Assembly (NCBI RefSeq): GCF_006345805.1
Contig: NC_043009.1
Coordinates: 60,078,001 to 60,142,000, forward strand
From: Octopus sinensis
Lineage: Eukaryota
DNA: 64,000 bases
Direction: 5' to 3'
Each line of letters opens with the position of its first letter. Within the stretch, counting starts at the first letter, position 1. Below the pieces are notes generated by a model that saw only the letters and a program-made list of their open reading frames with translations, did no database searches and was not told the DNA's origin. This document shows, piece after piece, positions 35,777 through 50,360 of the stretch. The translations under genes were made by a program, and so were the position numbers.

Positions 35777-36447
35777 ATATATATAGTAGAAATATGTTAC
35801 GAAAGAAAATATAAAATACACGTGGAAATGTAAGGGTAAAATATGAAAAATCAACGAAAATGCATTTATGACAGGTAGCGACAAATACACAAATTTAGAT
35901 TGACTGAGGTAGTAATACGAATCATAAAGGTCATTATTATGAGATGATTATAAGATGATAATAAAGTAAGAGAACAAAACGAACCAATGGTTTACGCGAA
36001 GCTATTCATCGTTTGAACAACACCGGTTAATATACGGTGTCAGGTCTAATAGTTCCTGTATATATATATACAGTAAATGTTGTCAACGTAGCATCAATAT
36101 AGATTAAAGTTCGTATATAGTAACAAGAACCACATGTAGTTTAAAAGAACGAATAGAAAACAAATTGTCGACATTTCTGATATTTCGTTGCGTATTTTTC
36201 AATAATCATCAATCTAGAATTAAATCAATTACGAATTATATCTTCAGATGATATATCGAAATATTTCCATTTACATCGGCTGAAGAAGTGATCTGAAATT
36301 GATTTTATTGTTGTTTTATGCCTGCTGATACGTACGCAGTGAAATATCTGAAATATCAACGACTTTTTTTTCAGTTGGGTCTTACACGCGCTTACATACA
36401 CGCACACTTAAGCGTGCGCGTGTGTGCGCCCAGGCATGTGTGTGTGT

Positions 36448-36494
<47 letters not shown>

Positions 36495-36680
36495 TCATTT
36501 CGCTGTCCTTGAAACACTAAGCATCATCATACAGACAATATATTTATAAATAATATAAATGTGTGCGAGCGTGCATATGTGTGTGTCTGTTCGCACGTGC
36601 GTATATAGATAGATAGATAGATAGACAGATAGGAGGAGGAAGGAAAAAAGGGAGAGACGAAGAGTGACAGATAGAACGCA

Positions 36681-36800
36681 GTTGAGGGGGCGAAAGAAGG
36701 ATATGCATCCGACAGTCTTCCGCACAATTTCCGTTTAATAAATTTTACTTACAAAAGCTTTGATCGACCCGTGTGTATAGCAGAGGACATTTACCTCATA
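36681..36800 (-). mobile_element. Older SINE B-related variant; its distinctive 57-bp block recurs at 32056-32112 (+)
   Basis: taaacggaaattgtgcggaagactgtcggatgc(t/a)tatccttctttcgccccctcaac is present at both loci in opposite orientation. Confidence 0.6.
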
Positions 36801-38034
36801 ATAGCGAAGTGAATTTATCATCTATACGGGGCATGCACATCCTGAATGATTTAGCATCTCTTATAGATTTAACAATAGGTGGGCGACAAAATTACTTAAC
36901 ACACCACAGAGGTTATGGATTACTTAACATTACGTAAGAAGTTGAACGTGTATGTATTTGCATCTACAAATGGTTGCATATGTGTGCGTAAGTGTTCGCG
37001 TGTATGTGTGACTATATATATAGATCGCTTCCTTCTCTCCAGCTGTTGGTTTCACTCCTCTCTCCTTCTCGTTCTATTACCGTCTTTCTCTCTCTCTCTC
37101 ATTTTCTCTTCCCCTATCTCTCTCTCTCTGTCTGACTGTCTTTCTAATATTTGATTTTTCTTAATTCTGTCTTTCTCCTTATCTCCTTATTTTTCTCCCG
37201 GTTTCCGTTTGCCAGTCCGTCAGTAAGTTGGATGCATATATGTGTGCATGAGTGCACGTGTGTATCGTTAGACACACACCATCACTACCTCTTATTACCT
37301 TCTCGTAAGTATCTATACCTTTTGCCATCAATGGGTCTATCTCTGCCTCTGACTTTATGTTTGCGTTCATTATGGTCTTAGTATTTTTTTCGCTCAATGT
37401 ATCTACATCTTTGTCTTTGTATATTCCTTTCTTGCATCTCTGTCTATTTCAATGTTTATCTATTTAAATATTTTCGGCTGTCTTCTGATATCGAAAATTA
37501 CCAAGAAAAACATTTTAACAATAAAGTCGTGAAACGAATGGTCATAGTTTATTGTGAAGAGTAAAATGAAGAAATTTCGACGTTTCGGACAGTGGTCGTT
37601 TGTCATATTATTTCTCAAATGCAGACCACTTGGATTTAGATCACAATTTTTCTCTATTAGTGTTATTTTCTCAACATGTATTTAGCTCTTCTCTTTATCC
37701 TCTCCTCTTCTCTTATACTTTATTATCTTTCTCTTTCTTTTTTCCACCCTCCTCTATCAATCTTTATCTGATCCTTCCCTCTATCAGTAATGCTATTTCT
37801 CCCCCTCTCTCCCTCTCTTATTACAGCCAATACGTAACTTTTTTCTAGTTTTCTTTTTCTCTTTTCCCTTTTCCTATTTCCTCATCCCCTTTCCCTATTT
37901 CTTAATCTCTCTTTCTTCATCTCTCTTCTTTTGTCACTCTCCCTCACTATACACATACACACACACAAACACCCCCCACAAACACACACACACAAACACA
38001 TACACACAAACACATACACACGCACGTACATACA

Positions 38035-38076
<42 letters not shown>

Positions 38077-38249
38077 TGAATGTATATATGTATGTATGTC
38101 GGCGGCGGCGGCATCGGCGGTAGCTTTATGTCTCGTATCTGAGAATTTAGTCTCTTTTTTGCTGAACGCTTCTTTTATGGCGATACCGTCGATGACTCAG
38201 CCACTTGCTCGTTAATTTCACCAGCACGTTGTTCCGTTGGTCGGATCAA

Positions 38250-38425
38250 ATGAGAGAAAGTTGTGGCGAAAGAGTCAGCAGAAGTTCGCCATTACCTTCT
38301 GCCACAACCGCATAGATCTTAGGTGTTTCGCTCATAAACACACTAATCGCCCGGTCTGAGATTCGAACCCGCGATACCCTCGACCGCGACTCCGCTGCTC
38401 TAACCACTAGGCCATGTGCCTCCAC
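38250..38425 (-). mobile_element. SINE family C head and body, 3'-truncated
   Basis: Reverse complement matches 24018-24192. Confidence 0.85.
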
Positions 38426-38555
38426 TATGTATGTATGTATGTATGTATGTATGTATGCATGCATGCATGTATGTATGTATGCATGTATGTGTGTATGTAT
38501 ATATGTATACACATGCATGTAGATAGCTAGATAGATTTAGTTATACTGGACTGGC

Positions 38556-38876
38556 ACTTCGTCGTATACGACGGCGAGGGTTCCATTTGATCCGTCCAAC
38601 GGAACAACCTGCTGGTGAAATTATCATGCAAGTGGATGAGCTCTCCACAGACATGTGTACCCTTAACGTAAGTCCTGAAGGTGATTCAGTGTGACACAGA
38701 GTGTGACAAGGCTGGCCCTTTGAAGCACAGGTACTACTCATTTTTGCCAGCTGAATGGACTGGAGCAACGCGAAATAAAGAGTTTAGCACAAGTACGCAA
38801 CGCATCGCCAGGAGTTGAACTCACAATCTTACGATCATCAGCCGAATACTTTAACCACTAAGCTACGCAACTTCAC
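38556..38876 (-). mobile_element. CORE-like SINE carrying the same tail as the family C copy at 13960
   Basis: tRNA head gtagcttagtggttaaag...gagttcaactcc; ttgctccagtccattcagctggcaaaaatgagt; tail gtcacactctgtgtcacactgaatc...gttaagggtacacatgtctgtggag...ggaaccctcgccgtcg. Confidence 0.75.
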
Positions 38877-38892
38877 TTCAGTTATACTATTG

Positions 38893-39308
38893 TATTTCTT
38901 TACTGCCCACAACAAGCTAAACATAGCGGGGACAAACAAGGACAGACAAAGGGATTAAGTCGATTACTTTGACTCCAGTGCGTAACTGGTACTTTATTTA
39001 TCGACCCCGAAATGATGAAAGGCAAAGTCGACCTCGGCGGAATTTGAACTCAGAACGTAACGACAGACGAAATACCTATTTCTTTATTACCCACAAGGGG
39101 CTAAACACAGAAAGGACAAACAAGGACAGACAAACGGATTAAGTCGATTACATAGACCCCTATGCGTAACTGGTACTTTATTTAATCGACCCCGAAAGGA
39201 TGAAAGGCAAAGTCGACCTGGGCGGAATTTGAACTCAGAACGTAGCGGCAGACGAAATACCGCTAAGCATTTCGCCCGGCGTGCTAACGTTTCTGCCAGC
39301 TCGCCGCC
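38893..39308 (-). mobile_element. SINE family A dimer with 15-bp TSD
   Basis: Junction 39076/39077; headless unit 184 bp; ttcagttat(a/g)ctatt at 38877-38891 and 39312-39326. Confidence 0.9.
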
Positions 39309-39677
39309 TAATTCAGTTATGCTATTATACTATGTGTGGGTGTCTATGTGTATATGTGTGCTTGTGTGTTCATGAGTGCATGTGTGTGTGTTTGTGTGTG
39401 GTTTTGTGTCTAGAACCGCTGCACTTCATCCACTGCTTGTGGAAACAAACATCCTCATTATATATTTAAATTCATGTTAGTTTCGGAAACAAACTGAAAA
39501 AAAAAAATTGTTTTCATTTATGCTCTGTATTTTACGTCAAATCAACAGCACTTACACTACAACGACCAAAACGAACAGCACAACAATGAGAACAACAAAA
39601 ACACCAGCAACAACAACAGCGAAAATAGCAAACATAATAACAATAGCAACTACAACTTACAAAAGAAGAAAAAACGA

Positions 39678-39777
39678 NNNNNNNNNNNNNNNNNNNNNNN
39701 NNNNNNNNNNNNNNNNNNNNNNNNNNNNNNNNNNNNNNNNNNNNNNNNNNNNNNNNNNNNNNNNNNNNNNNNNNNNN
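39678..39777. other. Assembly gap (100 N)
   Basis: Run of n. Confidence 0.99.
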
Positions 39778-39857
39778 AACCTTTGCACCTAATCACATAC
39801 AGAAGCAAAGATATCAGTTTTCCGGCTTTATATTGCAGCCTGCATATATATATATAT

Positions 39858-39914
<57 letters not shown>

Positions 39915-40073
39915 TATATATATAGATATATATATATATATATATATACATATATATACATACATATATACATATAATACATATATATATATAACATATA
40001 TATATACATATATATATATGTATGTATGTATATATATATATATATAATATATATATATATATATGTATGTATA

Positions 40074-40107
<34 letters not shown>

Positions 40108-40849
40108 CATACATACATACATACGTACGTACATACATATCAGAATATATATCTAATTTCAATGTTTCCACAAATGTCATCTCATAATAAGACAGTGTGA
40201 AGTGTAGATGTTGACAATATAGACGCAATACGTAAATATTAATTCAATAGACACTCTCCATAGATATTGAATGGATGGATAAACACAGTCCCTATGCGTA
40301 CTAGATGCTAACTATATTGTCAAACACAGTTGATAGGATAGACAAAGTGTATAGACAAAGTGTATACATGTTGACTGGATAGATAAAGCGTATAGCAATT
40401 TACTTTTAGGCAGTGTGTAAATATAAACACCGTCAGCATCGTTCAGGTTTTTTATTTGCTAATACATCTCCACTGAATTCAACGTATGAAGGTGTTAAAA
40501 CACAGCATAATCTTTAATGCTTTTTCTTTTTCTTTCGTTTCTTTTTTGCGATCTTAATGAAAAGTGATCGCTTATGTTGGCTTTCCGATAACTTTAAGGC
40601 TCTTTCAATAGAATATTTTACCTGGAAACAAGAATATGAAGGACAATATACCATTGTTTGGGTTTATTTCTTTTCGTCTTTCTGGGTTTTTTTTTTTTTT
40701 TGGCAACAACGAAAAGATAAGAAAAATGAAGATTAAATGATATATTGAACTTTAAAATTCTTCTAACTAAAATTTATGTAACTCAACAAATAAAGATCGT
40801 TTTAGAAAACACTGGATAAACAAACTCAGCGGTGCCATGACATTCTACA

Positions 40850-40850
<1 letters not shown>

Positions 40851-40921
<71 letters not shown>

Positions 40922-40938
40922 CAGTAGTAGTAGTAGTA
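40851..40938. repeat. (GTA)n microsatellite
   Basis: Seen directly. Confidence 0.97.
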
Positions 40939-41389
40939 ACATCACGATTATGTTTACCGAAGACTCTTTTTGGAGGTTTCGTGGATTCGGCTGTGCCACT
41001 TTTTCTGACAATAATTTCTATAAAGTCTTCCCACCGCACTTTATTTATGTCAAAGACATATCTTAAAGGCAGTTATATTCAGCTGGAATATAAAAGAGAC
41101 GTTTTCTTGTGACAAGTGTCAACCAGCTAACAATATACATACATATATATATAACATATACGTGTAATATATATAGATATATATATATATATATAATATT
41201 ATATATATATATATATATAATATATATATATATGCTATATATATGTGCATATATATATATATATATATATGTATGTATATATGTATACATATATTTATAT
41301 ATATATGGTATATACACAATATATAGATAATATATATACATATAATAAAAAGATTATATTACATATATATACATATTAATATATATATA

Positions 41390-41440
<51 letters not shown>

Positions 41441-44400
41441 TACGTATATATTATAAGTAACTGATATATGTGGTGGAAACATTGAATGTTGGATAACCTG
41501 GAGAGGTGATAATACTTCTGTGTCGAGAAGTACTAACATGGCCCAAACTAATAATCGGTTTTCGATTCGTGTTTGAAACAAATCCAATTGGTATGTTAGA
41601 ACCATTTTTATTTTGGGAATGGGGAGCCGTGAAGTAGCGAAAAAAAATAGGAGAAATAAACCGAAGTTTCAAGTTTACTTGCGAATTCCCGTTTGAAGCT
41701 AATTCACTTCATGAATGCAACCAATGCTACAATACAACAAATAATATCTCGCCACTAAGTTAAATATAATTTTTTCTCAATAGCACATAATATTTTCTGT
41801 ATCTCTCTGCAATTCCATAGAGACCAACTTGCCGTTGATTTTGTTGTTCTTGCTGCTGCTCTGGGTCAGACCTGATCTACAAAGATAACATTAAAGACAT
41901 CTTAGCCTTGACTGTCCCGTATACTTAGGGCTGTATTTCGCCATGTTTCCTTCATTTTAGCACACCTTCCTCAGATCACACCCTACCAACTTAAAAACAG
42001 AATATGTAAGAACCAGCAGCAAGAGCCTTATGCAGAGTTACACTGTCTAAATGTACCATAAGGTATAATATTATAAGGTATAATGTAACTTAATGGAAGA
42101 AACTGGTGAAATTTTTTACTTGACGTCTTTGTTTTCCTTGAAAGAATTTTCGTTAAAATCTTAGGATTTTTCTCTTTATTGTGAGTGTAATTTACAAAAG
42201 CAAATTAAATATTTAAGCTACATTTAACTAAATATTTGTTTTTTCTATGCAAAAGGCATCCTTGAGAAATATTTCCTTGCTACACATTGTTATTAACTGG
42301 TTCAATAAACAATAACATCACAGACACTTACTATAAATATATTTTCTAACAAAGCAACCAATTCACGGTAGTGGATCATAGACAATTATATCAGAACTCT
42401 AACACCACCATCACTACCACCACATCCACAACTACCACCTCGACACTCAGTATGAGACTAGTATTTCTTTTATCTACTACTCTAGGTAGGATGAAAGGCA
42501 AATCGCGCCTAGAATTTAGGACTAGAACGTAAAGAGATGTAACTTAATACCACAAGAGCCCTTTGTCTGTCACTCAACTGATTTTATCAAGCAACCTTCT
42601 CTAAGATATAAATGCAATATTAAAAAAAAAAAGCAACTATTTTGTTTATATTAATACAAGAACAGAATTAGTAATTTCAGCAGTAACAACAGCATAAACA
42701 GCATCGTCACTAACAGCAGAAACAACAACAACAGCTGGAATTGCAGTATAATCAAAAGCAACAACAACAACAGTAGCAATTGTAGCATGAACAGAAGCAG
42801 CAACGGCAGCTGAAATTTCCTGACTTAATAATATTTTACGTTTCAATAATCAAATTATTCATAGATGTATGAATACTAACGTAAATTAATTTCTCGTTAT
42901 AATTATTGTTTATAAGAGTAACAGTTCTAGTAGGATGTTGTGTAGTGTGCCGGATTAAAAGGCGTACAATATTTAATTACGTTTCTTTACGCTGTTTTGG
43001 CTTCGTTTCTAGCCGGAATCGATTTCGTTTGATTTGAGTTGTTCTTTGATCCCTCGGCAAATAAAACTTTGTCTTTCAACGCCAACCACCTATAATTTAT
43101 ACAATAGATACCAGTAATATATCGGGATATATATATTATAGATTAACAGTTTATTTCCGATGTGTGATCGTGTATCAAAGACAAATATCATTATCATCAT
43201 CATCATCATCATGTTATCGTTAACTGCTGTGTTACTCGATAAATACTAGTTACTGGGTATAATAGATACAGTAACATACTGAGACCTATGCTATCAATTA
43301 ATAATTTTTTTCTAGTTGTGCGATATTGTGTCGGAGACTATCCTCATCATCATCATGGTGTTGTCACTATTGTTGCTTAGCCACAGGTGATGCTAAATTG
43401 AGAAAACCTAGAAATTCAAGAGAGCATCGTTGTCTGAATCGAAAATGTAATATAGTCAGTGGTTCGTATCCTGGCGCAGTGTTGTGTCTGTAGAAGGAGG
43501 AGTAAACATACGCATTTAACTCTCAGCGGTTATGTGCCACAAATCTAGAAATAGGAGCTATAGCAACGAATATCTTAAAATTGATGTGTAAATTCGTTCG
43601 CTATTTTGCTGACCAGGTGAGAACATTGACAAGCCCATTGGGAATATCATATTCTTAAAACCTTACAGACTAAATATCCAAAGTTTCTACTGCGTGCGTG
43701 TGGCTTTAGTCTTAAGGTAAACAACAAAAACAAACCGAAAACAGGATTCAATACAAGCTGTAAAGTCTTAATTTATATTACACAGAAACGTTGTTGGTTC
43801 TAAGTTTCACCGAAGGCGGCTTCTCGAATATTGGAATTGTAAGAAATTTTAGAACTTAAACATAGAAGTAATGGTTGTTTACAGAAGAATGGTTCCTATT
43901 TTTTATAAGCTTGCCTTCTTCATATAAATATTACTTCGCTATATACACACATACAATTTCACTGTTGTTTGACAAGCCACCTTCGTATTAACTGTCATTG
44001 TGATAATATATATAATATAAGATATATATATACTATATATATATATATATAATATTATAATTATATATATATATATAATATATAATACAGATAATAAATA
44101 TATATATATGTATATATATGTATGTATTATGTATCTAGTTATATATTATATATATATAATATATGTATGTATGTATGTATATTGTATGTATAGATGGATA
44201 GTAGATATATGTATATGTTGAATGTGCACGTATATATATGCGTGTGTTTGTGTCATCCATGCAAGTGAAAATGTGTGGTTTATTAAGCTATCGATACACA
44301 TACACACACGTGAACACACCCCCCCCCACACACACACACGCACCCCACACACACATATATATACATACATATATACGTATAATATATATATATATATATA

Positions 44401-44750
44401 TTAATATATTATATACTGTATGAATAGTAAAACCGTCTGACGTGGTTATGTTTAACAAAGGAATTATGAAAAGTGACAATAAACTGCCAATTTTGTCGTT
44501 TGTCACAAGAAATGATGAGGGATAAATAAATGATCTGTGTTGAATATTGAATCAAATTGTCCATTTTTAAACTATCTCCTCCCTATACCGGGACTCTTTT
44601 GAAATCAATCAATGTGAAACTCTTCGTTTGATTGTGGGTTTAATATTTAGATACATTTGGTGTTCCTTAATGGCGTATTAATCAAACATTTGTCTAAAGA
44701 TCCAACGTATTTGCGATTTTTTTTTCATTAATACATGTATGTTTGCATGC

Positions 44751-44792
<42 letters not shown>

Positions 44793-44866
44793 TCGTATAT
44801 GTATATGTATGTATATGTATGTATATATATAATAATGTATATATATATATATATATACGTATATAT

Positions 44867-44908
<42 letters not shown>

Positions 44909-45817
44909 ATATATATTATAGTATGTATTATGTATGTATATGTTTGTATATATGTAATCACACAAACACACACACATACAAACATATACGTATACAAATA
45001 TGCATTCACACAAGCACACATATTTGTTACCATTGATGAAAGCTTTTGTAATATAATGAATCTTTCTGACATCACTAGATTTGTGAACATTTTAAAATAA
45101 ATTGTTTCTAGTCAATCATTTGTCTCAAGTCAATATTACTCATAATTTACCCTTCAAAACGTTTCTCATCCTTCTGAAAGGATTTCCCATAATTAACTTT
45201 TTTTTTTTTATTCTTTTGCAAAAGAGTGATGTGTCAATTATTATTTTCTTTTTCTTTTAATGCGTTGTGATATGTCGTGCTTTTATACTTTAGAAATATT
45301 TTTGACAGGTCTTTCATCTGTAAACAAATAATGAGTAATTTAAAAGAATGTTTACTTTCATTAAAAAAAAAACACTAATTATTAGGGTCGTATATCTAGA
45401 CTACTTTAGCGTTACATGAACTCTTTAGCTGGGAAAATTGCAATTGCTCTTCTTTTAAGACTGCCATGAAAAAATATCTATGTGTCAGTAATCATACGTA
45501 ATTATAACAAAGACCATTTTATTTTTCTTCTTTTTTCTTATAATTTTTCTGTAGAACTTTTTTTTTTTTTTAATGTTCCTTGTATTGAGATCTCAAGCAT
45601 TTCTCAAGTTGTGATAAATAAACATTTTGTAAAAAAAAAACATATTAATGTTTTCTAAATTATACAAAATTTGAACACTGAATGCAATTAGAAATCCTTT
45701 TAAAATGATGCAGTCATATTAATAAACAGGAGTTATGTCCTGTTTATCCTCGACATTGTTTCGTGCAAATATTTGCATGAATCATATTTTTTCTTCCCGT
45801 TCCTATGTTGTGTATGC

Positions 45818-45939
<122 letters not shown>

Positions 45940-45969
45940 AAAGATATATATATATAATATGTATATATT

Positions 45970-46019
<50 letters not shown>

Positions 46020-48173
46020 CATATAATATATATATATGTATAAGTATATGTCTATGTATATATAAAGTGTGTCTATGCATGTATACCCATATTTACATTA
46101 TATGTATATGTATATGTGTATGTATACTTAAGCATACATATACAAATATGAATTCCAATTCACCTTCAATTTAAAATGCCATTCCAAAAGTTATTTCTCC
46201 TTTTTAAATGTTTTCTTTCTCTTCATATAATACTGTTAACTTTTTTTCTCTGATGTCTTCACTGTTTCCTCTTGACTATGTACTCTAAAACTACTATCTT
46301 TGATTTTCACATGTTCGATAAAATATTTAACCTAAATTTTAAATGGAAAAAAAAAACGAAAAAGAAAGTTAAATCTTTAAAAGAAAAAAATATTCAAAGA
46401 ATAAATATTCAAACAAAATTTTTGAAAGGAAATCAAAATTTTCGGATTTTTTTTTTTTTTTGAACAAAGCAATTTTTTTTTTTTTTTCGGCTATCTTTGT
46501 TCTCTTCCATTTTTTAAATTACTTTTGAAGATGTAGGAAATATTTCAAGTAGACATTTTTCATCTTTAGACAGGGCGATGGAATAATATAAATAGTAAAA
46601 AGCCAGACAAAATACCTTCCTGTAATGAAATTTTCTCTTTCCGTTCTGAATCTAATCCCGCCGAGGTCGTCAAAATAAAGAACCAGCCAAGTACTGGAGT
46701 CGACTGGGCCAAATGTACTCTCCCTGACAATATATGGCCCTAAGCCTGTGTTAGAAATCAACATTAGTCCCTGCAGTAATATATGCTTTTGCAGGACAAA
46801 AGCAAAGGTCCCAGCGAACCGAGTTTGCGAATCCGGTTTCAATTACTGGTTGAAATCACTTCACTTTGTGTACATTGTCTCAATTCTTTGGGGAGGAAGA
46901 TATGAAGAAAGTTACAGATTCCTGTGTTATTTCCCTTTCAATAATAGGGCTTTTTTTAATAGGAGTATCAGAACAAGAGCAATGCTTTTTAACTTTCCAT
47001 CCTTAAATTTTCTCCAAGTATAAACATCATTAGCATCTTCTAAAAAATGATTATGACTTCTGTTTTAATGTTTAAACTCTTTTTCAAACCTCTTTAGATT
47101 TAGTAGGCTTTGTGTTTTTATGTGGCTTTCTATGCATATGTATGTGTACATCTGTTTTTGTATATGCAAACGCGTGCAGAGGCTGTATGTATGAAAATGA
47201 TGCGCCTGCTTGTTGACAAAACAGAATACATATAATGGAAAACGAATGGATTCCCGAGCACTTTAAACTATGAAAAATATAGTTGGGCGTTTAAAGTGAG
47301 CCGAGAACTTCATGTTTTACAGCAACATTTGAAACACGGTTCATTTCAATATGCTATATCATGGCGGTTCGTAATATATGTATTGTGTGTGTGTGTGTGT
47401 GTATGTGTGACAGAAATAAAAGAAATGGTGGACACATTCGCACGCGAAATTATCAATTTCTCTTTCGTCAATACAAGGTAGTCGAATAAAGAACCACCCA
47501 TGTGTCAGTAAATCAAATTGAATCAAGATGTGTTTCCTAAGTTGCTGTTGTCTATATCATACAATAAATTGTATAACTTCCGGTTTTACGCACGGAAAGG
47601 AAACACAAATGGAGTAGATAACTCGGAAACGCAAAATAAATTCAGGAATATTGAAAGAGCAATATTTGACTGGCATTCTCTACCATAAGCACTCTGGCTT
47701 CCCAATGCTGATGCGACTGTTGTCTTGGAGATGAAAGATTGCATTTACTAGTAAGCAACATTCAAGTAGAATATTCCGAAGCGATGTGATCTGGTATTCT
47801 TTTGATGTAGTAAAGAGTGATGTGATGCCGTGTAAAACAGTATGTTGTGGGGGTTATAGTGTAGAGTGAAGTGTTGCGGTGTAGTGCATTAGAAGTATGG
47901 GACACAAAATTGTTGTACTGCATACTTACGCACTGTGATATACGTACATGCTGTGATATGATATATATATATGTGTGTGTGTGAGCGTGTACGTGGGTGT
48001 GTGTATACACAAATATATATATATATATACATATATATATGCATACATACACATGGTATTGCAAATAAACTCATACGTAATAAACAAAGCCACATAAATG
48101 TTTGCATATACATACTATTCCACGCAAATATATGAATATATGCGCAGGCGTGTATGCATATATTTATATATAT

Positions 48174-48258
<85 letters not shown>

Positions 48259-49663
48259 ACATACAATATGGACATACATATATGTGTACGTATGTATGTG
48301 TATATATATATGTATATCTGTTTGTCTATATGTGCGTGTGTCTGTATGTCTGTGTGTGTGTATTGTAGATTAGAAGTAGGAGTGGGTAAAGGTAAATAAT
48401 TTACACCATTCAGTTTCAAACCTCAATGTTCTTATTTCAAATCCAACCGGAGTCACCTTTTCATTTCCTTTCTTCAGGTATCATAAAATAAAACACCAAT
48501 CGTGTTGTGGTGTTCATGCTCTCTTCTATACTACTCCACCAAAGCATATTTGAGGTGGAATTGTAGTCAATACCTTGTAAATTTTTCCTTGTAAATGAAA
48601 TTGTGTTTTTAATTACAAACTAATTATATTTAACTATTTCCTCAGAATTAGCATCAGCGAAAACTACTCGCGGTTTAGAAACTTCTAAAAATAATCATTT
48701 TTTCTTTTATTAACTTGTCTTACGAATTCGTTTTCACATATATAATATTGAACTAACTAGTCTTATGTCTTTAAACATTAAACATATTAACTTAATCTTA
48801 ACGTACTTTCTTATTAATTAATACTTAATTAGCACGTAAGAAACACTTTATCTTCAACGTAGTTTTCAAACAGTGGTTTTATATCATGTTCTAATATTCT
48901 CCAGTTCTGATATTCTATTATCATAATGATTATATTATTCTGGTATACTGATATTCTAATTCTATTTTCTTTTTCACTCTTATTTTCTTCTTAAACAAAA
49001 AAATCTTCCAACTTTATATATTTATGTCAGAAAGGCACTAAGCTGAAACTATATATATGTATGTATATATGGAGCAACTTATGTATGTATTCGAGTATGT
49101 GCGTGAATCCACACGCATGAGCAAATTCTAGTATCTCTAACCGACTATATAATGATGTATGCTTGTATGTGCGTCTAAACACATGTATGTTTGTATACTT
49201 GAGTGCATACGTGTGTGTGTATGTGTGCATGTGTGTGTTGTCTGAGTGTGAGTGGACAAAGGTTGATGTGTTTTGAATGTGGAAGTGAGTACTCAATGTT
49301 GTTTAAATTGAATATTTTTCTTGCGACTTAATTTTCATGTCGTGACAATCTTCAGGCGAGAACTGCTCTAACTAGTCTCCTTGTTATTTGTGTTCTTTAT
49401 AACTGTTAATGTGGATATTTTGTGACCAAAAGTATTTCCCTTGAATTTGTTGATATTCGGTGAGTGTGTGTATGTGTGTGTGTGTGCCTGTGTGTGTGTG
49501 CGTGTGTGTGTAAATATGTATATTGTCTAAATTACCAAAATGACGAATTACACACTTAAATATTTCGATCTAGTAACAATTAGTCATTATAATAATGCAT
49601 AATAATAATAGTATTAAAGATAATAATAATGATAATGATTATTATATTTATTATTGTTATAAC

Positions 49664-49792
49664 GGCGGTGTGCAGGTAGAATCGTTAGCACGCCGGGCAA
49701 AATGCATTTCGTCCGTATTTATGTTCTGAGTTCAAATTCCGCCGAGGTTGACTTTGCCTTTCATCCTTTCGGGGCTCGATGAAATAAGTACC
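49664..49792 (+). mobile_element. SINE family A, 3'-truncated
   Basis: ggcggtgtgcaggtagaatcgttagcacgccggg...gagttcaaattccgccgagg...gcctttcatcctttcgggg. Confidence 0.8.
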
Positions 49793-50329
49793 CCTTTATA
49801 TAGATATATAGATATGTGTATATATATATATATATCTACATATATATATACATATATATATACATATATATACACATACTCTATACATATAAATATAATA
49901 TAATATATATATATATATATAATACATATATATATGTATATATTTTATATAAATATATATATAAATATATATATATATATACGTATATATATATATGTAT
50001 ATATGCATATATATGTATTTTATATACATATATATACATACACACATACATCCATATATATATATATAATATATATATATATATCTATATTATATAATAT
50101 ATATGAATATATATACACACTTATATATATATATATAACACTTATATTATTGTAATTATTCTTTTACTGGTTTCAGGCATTGACTATTTTTAGTTTTTCC
50201 TTTCATTGTGGTACAATAATTATAAGTGCACAAAAGAACTACCTATGCTTTCCTATATGCATATACATATACATATATACATATATGTATATGCATATAT
50301 ATGTATATATATGTATATGTATACTATGC

Positions 50330-50360
<31 letters not shown>

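Noticed and set aside
35905-35926. tgaggtagta, matching the let-7 5' end
   Set aside because: Only 10 nt match, the rest diverges, and there is no precursor hairpin.
39508-39792. ORFs spanning the N run
   Set aside because: Artefact of the assembly gap; adjacency across 39678-39777 is uncertain.
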